DNA of 64,000 nucleotides from Lingula anatina (GCA_051362555.1 CM120647.1:6820001-6884000); one strand, 5' to 3'; positions 37,446 through 51,288 are shown, counted from the first letter of the stretch. The notes: generated by a model not told the origin, from the sequence alone. Translations and numbers: made by a program.

Positions 37446-40140
37446 TTGTTATAACTCTACAAAGAAGACAGCTTTTGAAGGCAAGCTAGCCTTTTTGGCC
37501 CTCCAAGCTGTATCGGCTCATTAGAGCGTTGGTTAGCACTGCTCTGAGCATGGCACGGCAAAGTTTTCTTATGTCATGTCCGCCTTGTATCCTGACCAGA
37601 CATCTAACCTGTGTTGATTTAATAAACAGGATGTTAGGGTATTATATGCACCATTACAACAGTATTTACACATTTCATCCAGATTGTATTCCTTGAATAA
37701 GTACATTATTTTTTATTTCTTTAGATTTTCTTTTCAAAGGATCAGCTATGCTATATAAACATAGTACAGTACATAAAATTATGTATCTTGTGAAGTAAGG
37801 TTGATACTACGTACAATTTTCCTTCTAAATGCACTTCTTCCAATTTATTTTTAAATCCCATGAGCTCCTCCACAGTTTCTAGCTTTCTGCCATCTGGCAG
37901 CATGGATTCCAGGGTCTCCTTGACAGTGAGCATGTCCTGCTCAACAACCCTGCCAAGACTGCTTTAATTCATTCATCAGTTTTTCCAAGCGTGATAGCCT
38001 AGAAAGAGCTGAAAGAGGGTTAAAATGGTATTTATGAAGCATGTTATAGCATACTGACTTTTGATGGTAAAATAAGATCTGTTAAATAATGTGATTCACT
38101 GGAAAAGGTAAACATAAGCAAACAGCATTCTAATGTTATATTTATTGACTCTTAAGTAAATATTCATATTCAATTAGAAAAAAGAAAGAAACAAACAAAA
38201 AAATTGGATCCTTTCATTTGCTTTAGCATGGAGGTAGTCAGCAACGGACGGAAAAGAATTTTGCAAAATTCCAAAAATTTCTTCATTTCCCCCATAGCTG
38301 TTGGATAGCTTCTTAATTACAGCATTCTACATGTAAATGAAGTATTACCTTCAGTTTCAAATGAAGCCACTCTACCAGGTTCACTACTATGGGGACTTGT
38401 ATGTGTCAACGGACCACATATATTTATCATTGAACTACTGGTAGTACTAACATATCTGACTCTGCCTGGAAGATTTATCAGATTTATTCATCATTTATAA
38501 AAACCTTGCAATGTTATGTAAGCCAGCAGACATTTGGTTTTATTTGATTCACTGGCAAGGGTTACAATATTCAAGCAGTATTTAAATGTAATATTTATTG
38601 ACTTAGTATATTTTCATCTTTAATATAAGAAAAATGGGAAACAAAAAACAATCCTCTAATTTACTTTAGCATGGACAATAAAGAAATTTGTATAATTAAA
38701 AAGTATACTCTTTATTGCCCACAGTGTTGAATAGCTTCTTAATTACTGCATTCCACATGTAAATAAAGTAATACTTTCATTTTCAAATGACGCCTCTCTG
38801 TCAGTTTCACTACTATGGGGACTTGTACATGATAAGTTACATATTATTATATTGTAAAGCGTTTTATTAGTATCAGTTTGACATTATGTGGTGTGCAGGC
38901 TTAAAGTGAAGTGAATTAGAGTCATAGATTAAGCTGTCATTTGTCAGATATTTTCTTTCATTTAAATTTATTATATGCCTATCTATCTATCCATCTATAT
39001 TTATATAAAAGTGCTCATTATTTAACAATTGTACAAGCATATATATATGTTTTGTACATTTTTGCAGATATGAACCATTATCTCAGACATTCTCTGACAT
39101 TACCTCTGTATCCATCAGGTCAGATTACTTCAGGACAGAATAAAGAAATATGAAAAATATTGTCGTGTCCTCTTGTTCTAATACCTCCAGCGTCAAATTT
39201 CCCAGCTTCTCATCGGTTCACCTGTCACACAGGAACTTTCTTTCAGTATGTGCTAGTATGTCAAATAATACAGTGCCACCATATACAAATATTAAAGGGA
39301 TAACAACTCTTCGTATGAGATCTATATTTCACAATAAATATGTTGTGAACAACTCACAGAAATAGAATATATTCTATTTTACCACAAAAATGACAGTAAT
39401 AGCAATAAATCTGAAATATGTGCTTGCCATCCAACCATGTGTCCTTCATAGATGGCTATACTCTAACAAACTTTTTAGAAAAAAAAAAAAAAAACAGGGA
39501 CTAACTCTGAATATAGGAATGGATTAACCATTGGAAAGTATGGAAAAATTGTTGTTTACTCCAGGTAAATTCATTTTTTGGCCAAAATGAACAGTTGTTA
39601 TCCCTTAAAAATTTCAAACAATGTAGAAAGATCAGCTAACTAGGTAAAGTTCAAAACAAAACATGAAAACAAATTGTATAATATTAAGCAATTCATAAAA
39701 ATCATCCTGTCATTTTGTTTTGAAAATGCTTATGAATAAAAATAAACACTATAGATATAAACCTCACAATACTATCATACTTTCATCATTATCATCCTTG
39801 CTGAAATTAATGTAACAGACCGATAGCTTGGGTTGATGTTTCTTTATTGTTAGTATTCAAATATCTGCAAATATCTGCGAGATCAATATAAACAAATTAA
39901 TTTTAAACAATTACATTAACAAAATTTACACTGACGAAAGACAAGAAAGACAGAACAAAGAAATAAAAATATAACAATGCCAAAAACACCATAAAAAATA
40001 AATATATAAATTTAGAAATGTATGAATTTAAACTATGGATTGGTCCTTTATTAAATATAGTTAAACTTACCTGCAAGATCACTGGAATACCTATTTCAGT
40101 TATTCAACCTGCATCTCCGTCCGACTTTCAGGTGGAAATG
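37446..40140 (-). pseudogene. DUF4806-like spliced gene remnant (transposon accessory gene)
   Basis: Exon 37446-37608 reads VRCLVRIQGGHDIRKLCRAMLRAVLTNALMSRYSLEGQKG*LAFKSCLLCRVIT, a DUF4806-like pattern with an in-frame stop. The upstream exon reads LETVEELMGFKNKLEE, and a ~430-bp exon-containing segment is tandemly duplicated at about 38090-38830. Confidence 0.55.
39296..39605. mobile_element. Kolobok-like MITE
   Basis: TIRs AGGGATAACAACT/AGTTGTTATCCCT with TTAA-like flanks; second copy at about 59769-60113. Confidence 0.65.
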
Positions 40141-41084
40141 AAATTTTATGGGGCGCGGTCTTTCAACCCGTGACCTCCACGTACACATACGAACATACAC
40201 GATACACACCGAACACAATCACAGCTAACACAACAAACCTTACATTATGATCCTGGAATCTTATCAGCCTATTGTTTCTTCTTCTCTTTTTTCTCCCCTC
40301 TGATGGTCAGAGTCAACATTAGATGTAATCTTCATGCTCCAATATTGTTATACCACTCAGCTGAAATGATATTAACAGTCTGTTACTGCAGTAGCTCAAG
40401 GTTGTTGCATATTTTCCACTTAAAATGTTTTAATGTCATATATTCCAGTACAAAACATGCGGGACATCACTGAAATGTGGGCTTGAAACTTTAACATTTA
40501 TGGTGAGATCAAAATAAGAATGTAACGCCAATATTATGGCAATTACAAATCAAAAGTCCAGCGCAAAATACACAATAGTTTGTGTTATACAAGTGTTATA
40601 CAAATAAAATTGTAAACCATTTGACCTTTTGAACTGATGAATGATGAATATTCATAAATAACAGGTCTTATTAGAAAATCAGCCTGATCGGACTACTTTT
40701 CACAAGTGCACAGCTGCCTAAGTAATAGCATTCTCAGCACTGACAAAAACTATCGTACGCAGAACCTCTTGAGCTAAATCTATTGCACTTCCCTTTGGGC
40801 TCTTCCCTTCGACCTGGCGAACATGTAAAGTTTTCAAATTGTAGCAAACCTTTGTACATGCAAAATCGTTGCACCACCGGTGGTTGGGCGTGGAGCGATG
40901 TCTTGATTACGCTAGAAATTATCTCTTACCACAATTTTCATGTGTGAATTCTCCCGCCTGGAGAAACTATGAAAGTAGGTCAAGGAAGGCTCGCAGTGAA
41001 TACGCAATCAAGGTATTGGGTCACAACTACCACATCGAGTGACCTGGTGAGAAATGAGTCGCTTCCATCAAGTTACTGAGTAGA

Positions 41085-41234
41085 GCTACCCTCTACTAGG
41101 GCGGTAGATATTATAGGGATATTTTCAAAAAAAAAAAAAAAAAAAAAATAGAATGATATGACTGTCTATTTATCTAAAGACATATTTGTGAATATCTTGT
41201 GAAAAATCAATCTGTCGCCCTAGTAGAGGGTAGC
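41085..41234. mobile_element. MITE
   Basis: GCTACCCTCTACTAGGG...CCCTAGTAGAGGGTAGC inverted ends; a related half occurs near 63190-63235. Confidence 0.7.
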
Positions 41235-42391
41235 CTGCAGCTGCTTTCAACATCTTTGAATCTTCTGCGTAAATACCACCTTTTTGGAATAAAGCGAAGT
41301 TTACCTCGATGGAACCACAAAACAAAAGACAATGTTCACTGGCTAGATTCCCATGTTTATTTTGTGATTCAAACTTAAATTAAAACACTGGGAATTATTA
41401 TTCATATATTTAGTCTACATGTGTAGCCTATTCTATTTTTATCATTAGGCCTATTAAACATTATTTTACATCAACTCAAAGCAATAAAAAGCCCTGCAAA
41501 ACACACCACTACGCTGCACTTTTAATAAAAAGATATGTATCCACAATATTTAAATATATACCTACGGTAATGACTAGCTATTTTCAGTGGGCAAAATTAC
41601 CCGTTGTATCATCACAAAAAACTATTTGGCATTTGTAGTGCTTTTACTACTGTATAGAGTAGCTTGCTTTGCTATTTTTTTTCTACCGCTCGATATGTTA
41701 TAAGGCTAAGAAAATACAGGATCTGTAACTTCTCAAACTCAATTGGACATTTTCAGTCCATATGCTAGCAGGCGGCCATGTTTATTTCTGCCATGAGGTA
41801 GCTGCTACATGCTTACATACGATGGCTAGACAGATAAAGTGAATCTTTTGTACAAAAAGAACAACTCCAAAAACTGTAGATCTTTGAATGGAAAACAAGG
41901 GTTAGAGTTAGTAAAATATTTTCAGTTGCAACCAAAAAGAAAAAAAAGAAAATTCATTTTCATGTAATGTTTGCTATCAAAAAAAAAAAAAAAAAAAAGG
42001 AAAATATGGATAAGAAATAAAGTCCAAATACAGTAAGTATATCTTATTTCTTTTCTTATTTCTTAGGATTAAGACAGATTAAATGTAAAATGTGCTTCAG
42101 ATATTCAAAGTTATATTAATTATCATAATAGAAGACGTACATTGTAGTGGCCCCTACTTTATATAGAGACCCATGCTGTAATACACCTCTACACATAAGA
42201 GTGGCTTGACTCAACCCACTCTTAATGGGCATGAGAGTACATTTTGTACAACCAAAACTGTTGTGTAAATACACCCTTTTACGTCTATTTTGCATGCATA
42301 AAAAGTAAAGTAAAAGGCTCCATCACACACACCCTAGTTTTGTTATTTATGACTTAACCTTCCACACCAGCACTGTTCGTAATAGTACTCG

Positions 42392-42430
<39 letters not shown>

Positions 42431-43854
42431 CATACAAGGTCTTTATCACAAACATAATCATATGAAGTACTTTTTCGGTGATTTAATTTCATTGTCATAC
42501 AGATTATTGGCCATATAACTGTTACTATGTATACTATATTTTCATTCAGTTTTTAATTTTACCTTATCATTATTTTGGGACAATTTATACTTGTTAATTT
42601 TTATGGTTAATGAAAACATTCCAAACAGCTATTTAGAGTGCTTTAACAAATGATTTTTTTTTGTGTGTGTGTGCTGTTACTGTAACAGCTTTTTGCTTTC
42701 AGCAATTTTTAGTACTTTACAGAGCCTTGCATGTACAAAATGTATACATCAATTGGTCATCAGTACAATTATTTAGAGCAACACATGTAACTAAGAACAA
42801 AATGATTGTATCAAACTTAGTTTATGGTTTATTGCATCAGATATGCTGAGCAAGCACATCTATCACATTTCTTTAATAAAAGGACTCCATTAGCATAAGT
42901 GAATAGTCCTAGTTGTCACACCCAGGAGAGTGTGGGTCAGTTAGGTGTGTGCTGCAGAGGAGTGCAGAGGTGTAGAAATGCAGTGGCAATTTCATGTTTA
43001 CCCAGTAGAGGCATAATGGTAAGATGTTTATGCCAATTTTGTACATAATGTATTTTATCAGTATTACTTTGTTTATATTATATAATTTATTAATTAATAA
43101 CCTGGTTGCTAAATGTATTTAATTTGTAATTTGTATTATAAACTTAGATGTTATGTGAGAAATAATAGGTGATAACAGCTAGACAAATAAGTGACAATTG
43201 TATTTTTTTTTTTTTTTTTTTTTGTTTTAGTTACACGGCTGTTTCAACCTGAGAATATTTGAAAATAAAGCTCAAGTAAAGGAATATGCCAGTTGTCATT
43301 TGCCTCGTTTTTCTGTGGCCCCTGCGAGCTACACTGGTCAAGGAGAAAAGCTATATAAAATGAATAAATACGCTGAAACAAGTTGTCCTAGTCACAAGAC
43401 TTTTATACTGTGGAGTAAAATCAGTGACGGTTTCGGGGAGAAAATAGCATACATCAACTCTTCTTCTCTTCTCTGGGATGTAAAAATACAGTTTCTTTCC
43501 CATTTATTTGTGTCACACCACAAGTATTGAACATATTACTCCTTTTTACACCACAAGACATGTTTCAATGGAAAAAATCATTTATATAATATATATATGC
43601 TGAAACAAGTTGCTCTGATTCATTAGACTGCATACAACAGGTAAGTCTGCCCCCCCCCCCCCCCACAACATATAACTCATTAAAAAAAAAAAAAACTAGG
43701 TAGCGATGCATCAAACCAAATAATATTTTTTCATGCAAAAAATATATGCATAAACTTTATAATAGCAAATTATTTTAAAAATTGACGATGGGCACTTTGC
43801 CAATGGTTCCCAGCACTCGTCCTTAGTCAGGCGTCCTATAGTGTTTTTTTCTTT

Positions 43855-43909
<55 letters not shown>

Positions 43910-44169
43910 TGTTTTGTTTTGACAATCACTTTTTTCTACATTTTGGTATCAATATCGTTATCTTTTTGTTTTGTTTTGTCAAACACATTCCAAAATTATT
44001 TATTGCCGACATATTTTTTTATATATTTTGGAAGTAATTTTTTTTCAATCATTCCATATTTTTACTTCCGATTTAAATTTACATATTTTTTCTTTGTGTT
44101 CATTTTTGGGTTAACTACATTGTATTTTTTTACTTTTGGTGAGCACTTCTGTGTGTTGACTGTGTGATC

Positions 44170-44500
44170 GCATTTGTTTTATAAACATTGTATCGATACG
44201 CAATTACACGAGCAATTAGAAGCTTTAAGTGCAGACGACAAAGCCGCGGTTTTGCAATTGTTGTGTCCCGAATTAGCAAGAGGTGCCGCTGTTTCTGCTA
44301 CGGCTGGGACGACTCGGGCAGACGCACCTCAGCGTTTATTATTTATGTCGCATTTTGGAGGATATTCCGGCAAGTAAAGGCTTTTTTCTGGTAAACCCCT
44401 GTAGATTTCGAGACTTGGAAGTTCCAAGTACAGTCACTCTTGGCAGATATTCGTGGGGAAACGGATAATGCGGAAGCTACGCGTATCATTAGGGAAAGTT
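44170..44500 (+). pseudogene. Decayed PNMA-like Gypsy gag fragment
   Basis: Frameshifted translation QVK.FSGKP.VDFETWKFQVQSLLAD resembles the LRxFSG...xDFETW motif of Ty3/PNMA gag. Confidence 0.45.
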
Positions 44501-45633
44501 TGTTGAGTTAATGTCATAAAAAATAAATACAAGCTGACGTGTATACAAAGACTTAAACACGTACTTGGTTTCCACTTAACGAAATGGCTCATTTCTAATG
44601 GAATCAATAAAGCAAACAAAAAGTTTTTCCCGATCCGTGATCATGGCCATTGTATTCTTCTATGTTATCTTCCACTTTTCAATTAGGGAATGTTCCAGGC
44701 AAATCTAATTTTCATCTAGAAAAAAATCTTTCCTACCAACCGTTCATTGTCCCTGCACTTGGCCTTAGTTTTTCTATTTATTTATTTATTTTTATTTATT
44801 TATTTTTTATGACTCACTTCAAACCGCCAGAGGCATCAATCAATAAGAACGCAATGTCTTGTCGACAATTTAGAAGAAAATATAGATATAAAAGTACTTT
44901 TATTCGACAGGGGTTATTTCTTAATGGTTTTAACTGGGAAAGATGCTTTTTTCCAAGATATAATCAGACGTGAATATGACTCAAAGACGTTATCAAACAT
45001 ATTCTACACTTTAAGTGATTCACATCGCATCATTCATTTTGGTCGTGGCGACACACAGCCCTAACTGTCGGACAGGTGTACGTCTTCTAATAACACCATA
45101 ATTCTCACTAATTTCAAATCTTACATATTTTACAATAATCTGTTTATTTTATGGTCATTTAAGCGATAACCATAAAATGTTAAATAGTGCTTGAATAAGT
45201 GATCCGGGTCGCTGTACGTCATATAATGACCATATTAATCATCAAAATAGAGACCGGTTTCAAAAAAAAAAAAATAAATAAAAAATGAAATAAAAAAAGA
45301 ATGTAATTACCAAGGTTACATGGTCACAAGGGCACATCCCTATCAGGAACAGTGTAACAGCACTCTCATGGTAATTCTAGTCAACAAAGCCAAGAAATTG
45401 ACTTACGATTTTTTTTTTTTTTTTTTTTTTTTTGTGAAACTGGGGCTAAGGCTGACCGTCACTGTAAGATGGAGGAAACCCTCCCTGAGCAACCCATCTC
45501 CACAGGTAACGATTCTTGGCCTGATTGGCCGGGGGAGGGGGGCTCAGCATGGTGGTAGAGGCCGTCCATCCATCCGGTCTATGGTTGGCCCAGCTGTCTT
45601 GCCCGGCGCCTTGGAGTCCACTCTGTTGTTCTG

Positions 45634-45810
45634 GCCCCAGTTTCACAAAAAAACTTAAGTAAGTTCCCTGGCTTAGCTGACTAGGATTTCCATGAGAGTT
45701 CTGTAACACTGCGCCCGATAGGGTAAGATGTGCCCATGTGACCATGTAACCTTGGCAATTAAGTTCTTAGCCAGGGAACCCGACTTAAGATTTTTTGTGA
45801 AACCAGGGCC
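45634..45810. mobile_element. Harbinger-like MITE family (copies near 45252-45445, 45634-45810 and 47476-47642)
   Basis: GGCCCCAGTTTCACAAAAA...TTTTTGTGAAACCAGGGCC ends, shared internal sequence and CWG flanks. Confidence 0.75.
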
Positions 45811-46209
45811 AGATGTTTCAGAGGTTTTGTTAAGTCTTGCCACGTGTTCGGCCCGTCTGTGTTGGTTTGTCATGATGGTCTTGCAAATATCTCTGACCTT
45901 TGACCTTTGACTGATCTCAAATCCAGGTGTAATTCTTCTGGTCTAGCCGCGTGATGCTGAGAATAATTCTCGCCACATTTCTCTGGGCGACTGAGAGCAT
46001 ATTTGCATGTGCGTCAGTCAATGCCCATATAGTTTTTGTAACTAATTGCCAATTTTAATTTTTTAAAACACAGTTTATTATATCATGTAATAATAGCTAT
46101 CTTTGACCAGGTGTGCGCCGCTTGCTATTGATTTTATAATTTGTAACCAATTGCCAATCTTAATTTTTCAAAACTAAGTTTATTGCATCAATATTCATAC
46201 ACACTCTTA

Positions 46210-46756
46210 GAGCGCATTCTCAACGAATTAAGCCAGGCTTTACAAAGCCGGTGACCTAAAAATGGCGGACATACATGAAAGAAAAACCGCCTAATCTTTT
46301 AATAGTCTCTCCGCCTCCCCACACGTCGTCCCTGCGGGGTACAGTAATTAAATCTCGGCTCCGTTCGCCATGCGGAAGCTACCTGAGAAATATTAAGTGC
46401 GCATGCTCATCAGTTAAACTCGTGGTGAAGAAGGCATAGCGGCTGAAGGCAATCGAAAAAAAAAAAGCTCTTCTGTTCTATTATCTTTGAAAACAGAGAC
46501 GAAAAAGGAATAATTTGGCCCGTAGAGCAGCAATGAATCGACTTTCTAAGGAGATAATATCACCAGAGATATTCACGGAAATATTAATGTTCGGAGCCGA
46601 GATTTAATTACTGTACCCCGCAGGGACGACGTCTGGGGAGGCGTGTGAGAGGCGGAGAGACTATTAAAAGATTAGCCGGTTTTTCTTTCATGTACGTCCG
46701 CCATTTTTAGGTCACCGGCTTTGTAAAGCCTGGCTTAATTCGTTGAGAATGCGCTC
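46210..46756. mobile_element. Foldback MITE with ~150-bp near-perfect inverted arms
   Basis: GAGCGCATTCTCAACGAATTAAGCCAGGC... is mirrored at the right end; TTA/TAA flanks; a related degenerate copy lies at about 6750-7000. Confidence 0.9.
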
Positions 46757-46897
46757 TAACACCAGGCGTGCGTTATCTAATGGCTTTATAATTTGTTTTG
46801 CATTGCCAAATGGCGACAATTTCAAAAACCACAAATCATTTGCTTATGTTATGTAATAAAAGAGACCTGTCTCTAACCATTGTGCCACGTCAGCTAA

Positions 46898-47117
46898 GGG
46901 TGCATTCCCAGAGATTTAGATCGATCCAGAGATTTAGATCGACCTAACTCCCTGGGGGTTCACGCTAAATTGCAGTCAGCCGAGCGGGCACCATAGTTAA
47001 TTACCCCCTTACAGCATTTAGTAGGCGGGACAGACGCTTAAGCCGGCCAAGCTGACAGTAATCTAGTGAGACTCCCCACGGGGATAGATCGATCTGAAAA
47101 TCTATGGAAATGGGGTG
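46898..47117. mobile_element. Harbinger/Tourist-like MITE, family A copy 3
   Basis: TAA target duplication; ends 13 bp before the lectin TATA box. Confidence 0.8.
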
Positions 47118-47130
47118 TAAGAAACGCCTT

Positions 47131-47136
47131 TATAAA
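47131..47136 (+). promoter_or_regulatory. TATA box of the lectin gene
   Basis: TATAAA about 75 bp upstream of the ATG at 47207. Confidence 0.55.
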
Positions 47137-47206
47137 GCGCTTGCGCTTTATCTACTGTACCCATGCCTGTTCTGAATACCATCTTGGCGTTCAAGACAAG
47201 ACGAAG

Positions 47207-48907
47207 ATGTCCAGGTTCCTGTATGCTCTGCTTGCTCTCTGTTTAGCATTGGCGATCTTCGCTGGCAGCATTCACGGCGGATACGTCTGTAAGTAGAAAA
47301 TTATCTAAAGCTGATGGTTCGTTCAGTTTTTATGTCGGTTAGCGGTCAAAATAGTTTATAGGAAGCCAGTTTTATTTGTGTGTGTGTATGTGTGTTCGTG
47401 TGTGTGTGCGTGTTCTTGCGCGTGTGCGTGCGTGCATGCGGCTGAGTGTGAGAGGGGATCTACCTTTATATACCTGGCCTCGGTTTCACAAAAAAAAGTC
47501 AGTTCCTTGGCTTAGTTGACTAGGATTTCCATGATAGTGCTGTTACACTGCTCCTGATAGGATAAGATTTGCCAATGTGAACATGTAGGCCTAACCTTGG
47601 TAATTTAATTCTTTTTTTTTTTTTTTTTGTAAAAACGGGGCCTGACTTCTAAAGTGAAATACCAGCAGAGAATTCTGTTTTTTTTACGTGCTGTTTGTTG
47701 CCAACCCTTCTCTCGATATACGTAAAAGAAACAGCAACATTTTTAAAACCAATTGGTTAGAATAAAGGTCTGTAAATTGTCACAAAAAAAATTCTAAAGA
47801 CTGAGGCTACCACTGCTGGCTTTTGGAATTCAGTTTTGAACTGATAAACTCAAAGTTGGATAATGTGAAAATTGGACAGTAATGTAATGTAGATAATTCA
47901 ATCAGGGAGGGAAGAAATGGTAAACTCAAAGTTGGATAATGTACGCGTGGAACTTTGGTCTCATTTAATTAAAGGTACATATGAACCGAGCATCGGTGGA
48001 GCGTGGATTCGAAGTAACACTTCTACTAGTTTCTTATATGACTTAAATAAATTCAGCATGCCAAGGGATAACCTGAATAAATCACTCGGCCAGCCATTTA
48101 AGTGCTTTAGAATGCTCCTTAATTTCTTAAAATTTTTGGTCAGAAATTTAACCTACTTCTGTGGCCTTTCTGCCCACTTGATATACAGCATAAAATGCCA
48201 GCAGAAAAATCCGTTCAACTATCATTTTCCGGAAAAAATTAAATAATGCCTTTTGGTAATTCTCTTAGTTATACCACTTGAAACTATATGCTGGCATTTG
48301 GTTGGCTTTTGTGGAAAAAAAATTGACTTCATATGCATTTTTAAGCCGTAGTACCTCAATCTCAGAACTTTTAACGGATTTATGCAGCGTCACCACTTCA
48401 TTCATTTTAGGTGAAATGGGAAAAATCCTGCTTTCTATGAACACCTTGGGGGACAAAAAGGTGACGTTTGCAACACCATTTGCCACGAAACCGGATGTTT
48501 CCGTAGCTTTGGCCGCGATGGACGCATCGTAAGCATCCATTTTATTTTCACTTGAGTTAATTTTAAAATTCAGCTGTCGTTTTGTTGGTCATCATGTATG
48601 TGTATTTATAGTAAGGCTCTATATGATTGTTAAGAAGGTATTTTAAAGATAGTTGAATCAAGGCAAAGCCTATTTAGAGATAACTGAATAAATGTAGCCG
48701 ATGAAACCGTTTGAATGGAATGCTGATTTCTGTTGCAGGAACACCAAGAACATGCGTATTAGAGCCTTTGCGAAAGATATCGCCACTGATGGGTTCATCG
48801 CAGAAACACTGACATGGGACGATACCATCTTGTATACCGTTGCGGTTAGCTGGATTGCATGCGGAGAGCGGGACAGATGTGCTGGCATGAATCACAACCA
48901 ACAATAA
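47207..48907 (+). CDS. Secreted single-domain H-type lectin, 122 aa
   Basis: Exons 47207-47288, 48411-48528 and 48739-48907 splice in phase. Signal peptide MSRFLYALLALCLALAIFAGSIHG is followed by CEMGKI...VTFATPFATKPDVSVALAAMDASNTKNMRI...DGF...TWDDTILYTVAVSWIAC, the Helix pomatia agglutinin/discoidin H-lectin pattern. Confidence 0.88.
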
Positions 48908-49390
48908 CCTCAACCCCAAACCAAGAATAATCCCCAAAAATAACCTCAACTCCAAACCAAGATTAACCCCAACCCGAATAATAACACCCAACAATAACCT
49001 CAACCCCAACCCAAGAATAACCCTCAACTCGAGTAATAACCCCCAACAATAACCTCAACCCCAACCCAAGAATAACCCTCAACTCGAATAATGACCCCCC
49101 AACAATATCCTCAACCCCAAACCAAGAATAACCCCCAACAATAACCTCAACCCCACACCACGAATAACCCCCAACAATAACCCCAACCCCAAACTAAGAA
49201 TAACCCCAAACAATAACCTCAACCCCAAACCAAGAATAACCCCCAACTCGAATAATGACCCCCATCAATAACCCCAACCCCAAACCAAGAATAACCCCCA
49301 ACAATAACCCCAACCCCAAACCAAGAACAACCCCCAACAATAACCCCAACCCTTAACCAAGAATAGTCCCAACCCAATCCCCAAACAAAA
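48895..49390. repeat. C/A-rich ~33-50-bp minisatellite in the lectin 3' UTR
   Basis: Units resembling AACAATAACCTCAACCCCAAACCAAGAATAACCCC; AATAAA at about 49508. Confidence 0.9.
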
Positions 49391-49576
49391 ACTGAATACC
49401 GTCATCTGAAGAAGCAGAAAAAGGAGAAACAAATTTCACTTCAAATGGTTTATTGTTGGAACGCAGTTTCCAGCTTAATTGCATCCTCTGAAATTTTTGA
49501 CCGATTGAATAAAATGTCCTATCGCATAATTGTCGTTTCTCTTGTAGATTCTTGTTTTATTCTTTAAAAGTGTCTT

Positions 49577-49807
49577 TTTACCTCCGCCAAGGAAGTTATG
49601 TTTTCACCTCTGTTTGTTTGTTTGTCATCAACATAACTCAAAAAGTTATGGACCGATTTCGATGAAATTTTCAGGAACTGTCAGAAGTGGCAAAGGAAGA
49701 GATGCTTAGTTTTTGGTGGTGATCCGGATCAATAATCAATCAATAATCAATAATAATCAAAAATCGCTGCCTTGGCGGAGGTCTGCGCTCTCGCAGTGCT
49801 TTTCTAG
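49577..49807 (+). mobile_element. Helentron-associated non-autonomous element (HINE/DINE-like)
   Basis: Subterminal inverted repeat CCTCCGCCAAGG/CCTTGGCGGAGG, (TTTG)n, a 3' hairpin and a CTAG end in T-rich flanks. Other copies lie at about 60230-60499 and 18777-19030, with a related end at 56248. Confidence 0.75.
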
Positions 49808-50205
49808 TTTTGAGTAACATTTTGTCAACGATATTGATTTCAGCGGGTGATATGAAAGGGTATCCCTACCGTTATTTTGGCTTTAATAATTGAGTTTCAT
49901 CAATCAACCAACGCATCATTTACGTTTATTCGATTTTATTTTATTTTTTATTTTCATTATTATTATTAGTATTTTTTGTTCATTTGTAGCCCTATTCATT
50001 TTTCACTTATCGCATTTTCCTGTTGTGCAGCCTTAAATGCGCGGATCCCTCAAGAGGCGGCACATCTACAGCAATTATATGATCCCCAATCGTTTCCTTT
50101 CCCTTCGAATGCAACATGCCATGTACATGAATCGGTCATAAACCACAGGCGGAGAAATTATCAACAAACAAATAAATAGGCATTTGCTGGTAAGAATGTT
50201 TGAAA

Positions 50206-50256
<51 letters not shown>

Positions 50257-50380
50257 AACTGAAGCGAATTTGACAAACGGCGATAACACCTATTGAGAAT
50301 TTTGAATCACATAAATATGTTCATATTTTTCAAGAATAATAAAAACTTTTTATTTCTTATCCAAAGTCCGACAAGATGTA

Positions 50381-50549
50381 CAGGCCCGTAGCCAGGGGGG
50401 GGGTTCGGGGGTTCGAAAGAACCGCCCCTTTTGCTGGGAAAAGGTCCACTCTGGGTAAAATTTGATCTAGTTACATGAAGTTTTTATGGGAAAAGGTCCA
50501 CTTTTTCAGAAAAAGAACCCCCCTTTTGAAACTGCTGGCTACGGGCCTG
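50381..50549. mobile_element. MITE with 5-bp target duplication (hAT5-like)
   Basis: TIRs CAGGCCCGTAGCCAG; ATGTA on both flanks; degenerate copy near 22225-22410. Confidence 0.85.
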
Positions 50550-51288
50550 ATGTACATACGTGAACGCTCTCGCAACTGACAAGAAAGCAAACACGCTAAC
50601 ACATTTAGCTCCGTTTTTTAAATCCCCGCATTTCTGCATGTTCTTCACTGAAAGGAATCGAATCCTACGGGACATTTGCGCCTTCGCGTCAAATAAAAAG
50701 AAAACAACAATTTCCCCTATTTACGATTCACTGCCAGTCCCGGATGTGTACTTGCATTGAATGTTTTGAACCTTCCTGCACAAAGTATTTTGCGGGCTTT
50801 TATCGCTCTAAAAGTCGGGATCGGGAAGGAAAGGCAGCCTTGAAACATATCCTGACACAAAAATATGACCTCGGGGGCATTTTCAAAGGCGTATAGCGAA
50901 CCATTTATGCCAAACCTTTTACCTTAATTTGACCTTGGTTCCATCATCTTGTAACTGAGACAAGGAAAACCTTCAACCCATGCTACATTCATTAGGCAAA
51001 GGTATAGTAGTCATTAAAGGGCATTCGAAAGGGTGAGATTACCAGTAAAAAACACTCGGTTTTCTCAACTTCCTATCAAATTTCACAAACTGACGTTTAA
51101 ATTGCTACAGACTCTTGACAGCCAATTTATATCGCTAGTGCTGCACACACTAGTCGCCCCCCCGTCCCCCCCCCCCCTTTTTTTGCAATATACCAAGACA
51201 GGCCGGTGCCGAACGCGCGTAACCATAAAAAGATCCATAAAGGAGACTGCATGGCCTAATACAGTGGGCAGAGATGGAGGAGTTCATG

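Noticed and set aside
42910-43200. Possible LTR starting TGTCACAC upstream of the gag fragment
   Set aside because: No second copy, PBS or clear end was found.
43711-44167. Poly-Lys and poly-Phe ORFs
   Set aside because: They are translations of a poly-T tract.
48674-49027. Minus-strand Leu/Gly-rich ORF resembling a membrane protein
   Set aside because: It is the antisense reading of the minisatellite and the last lectin exon.
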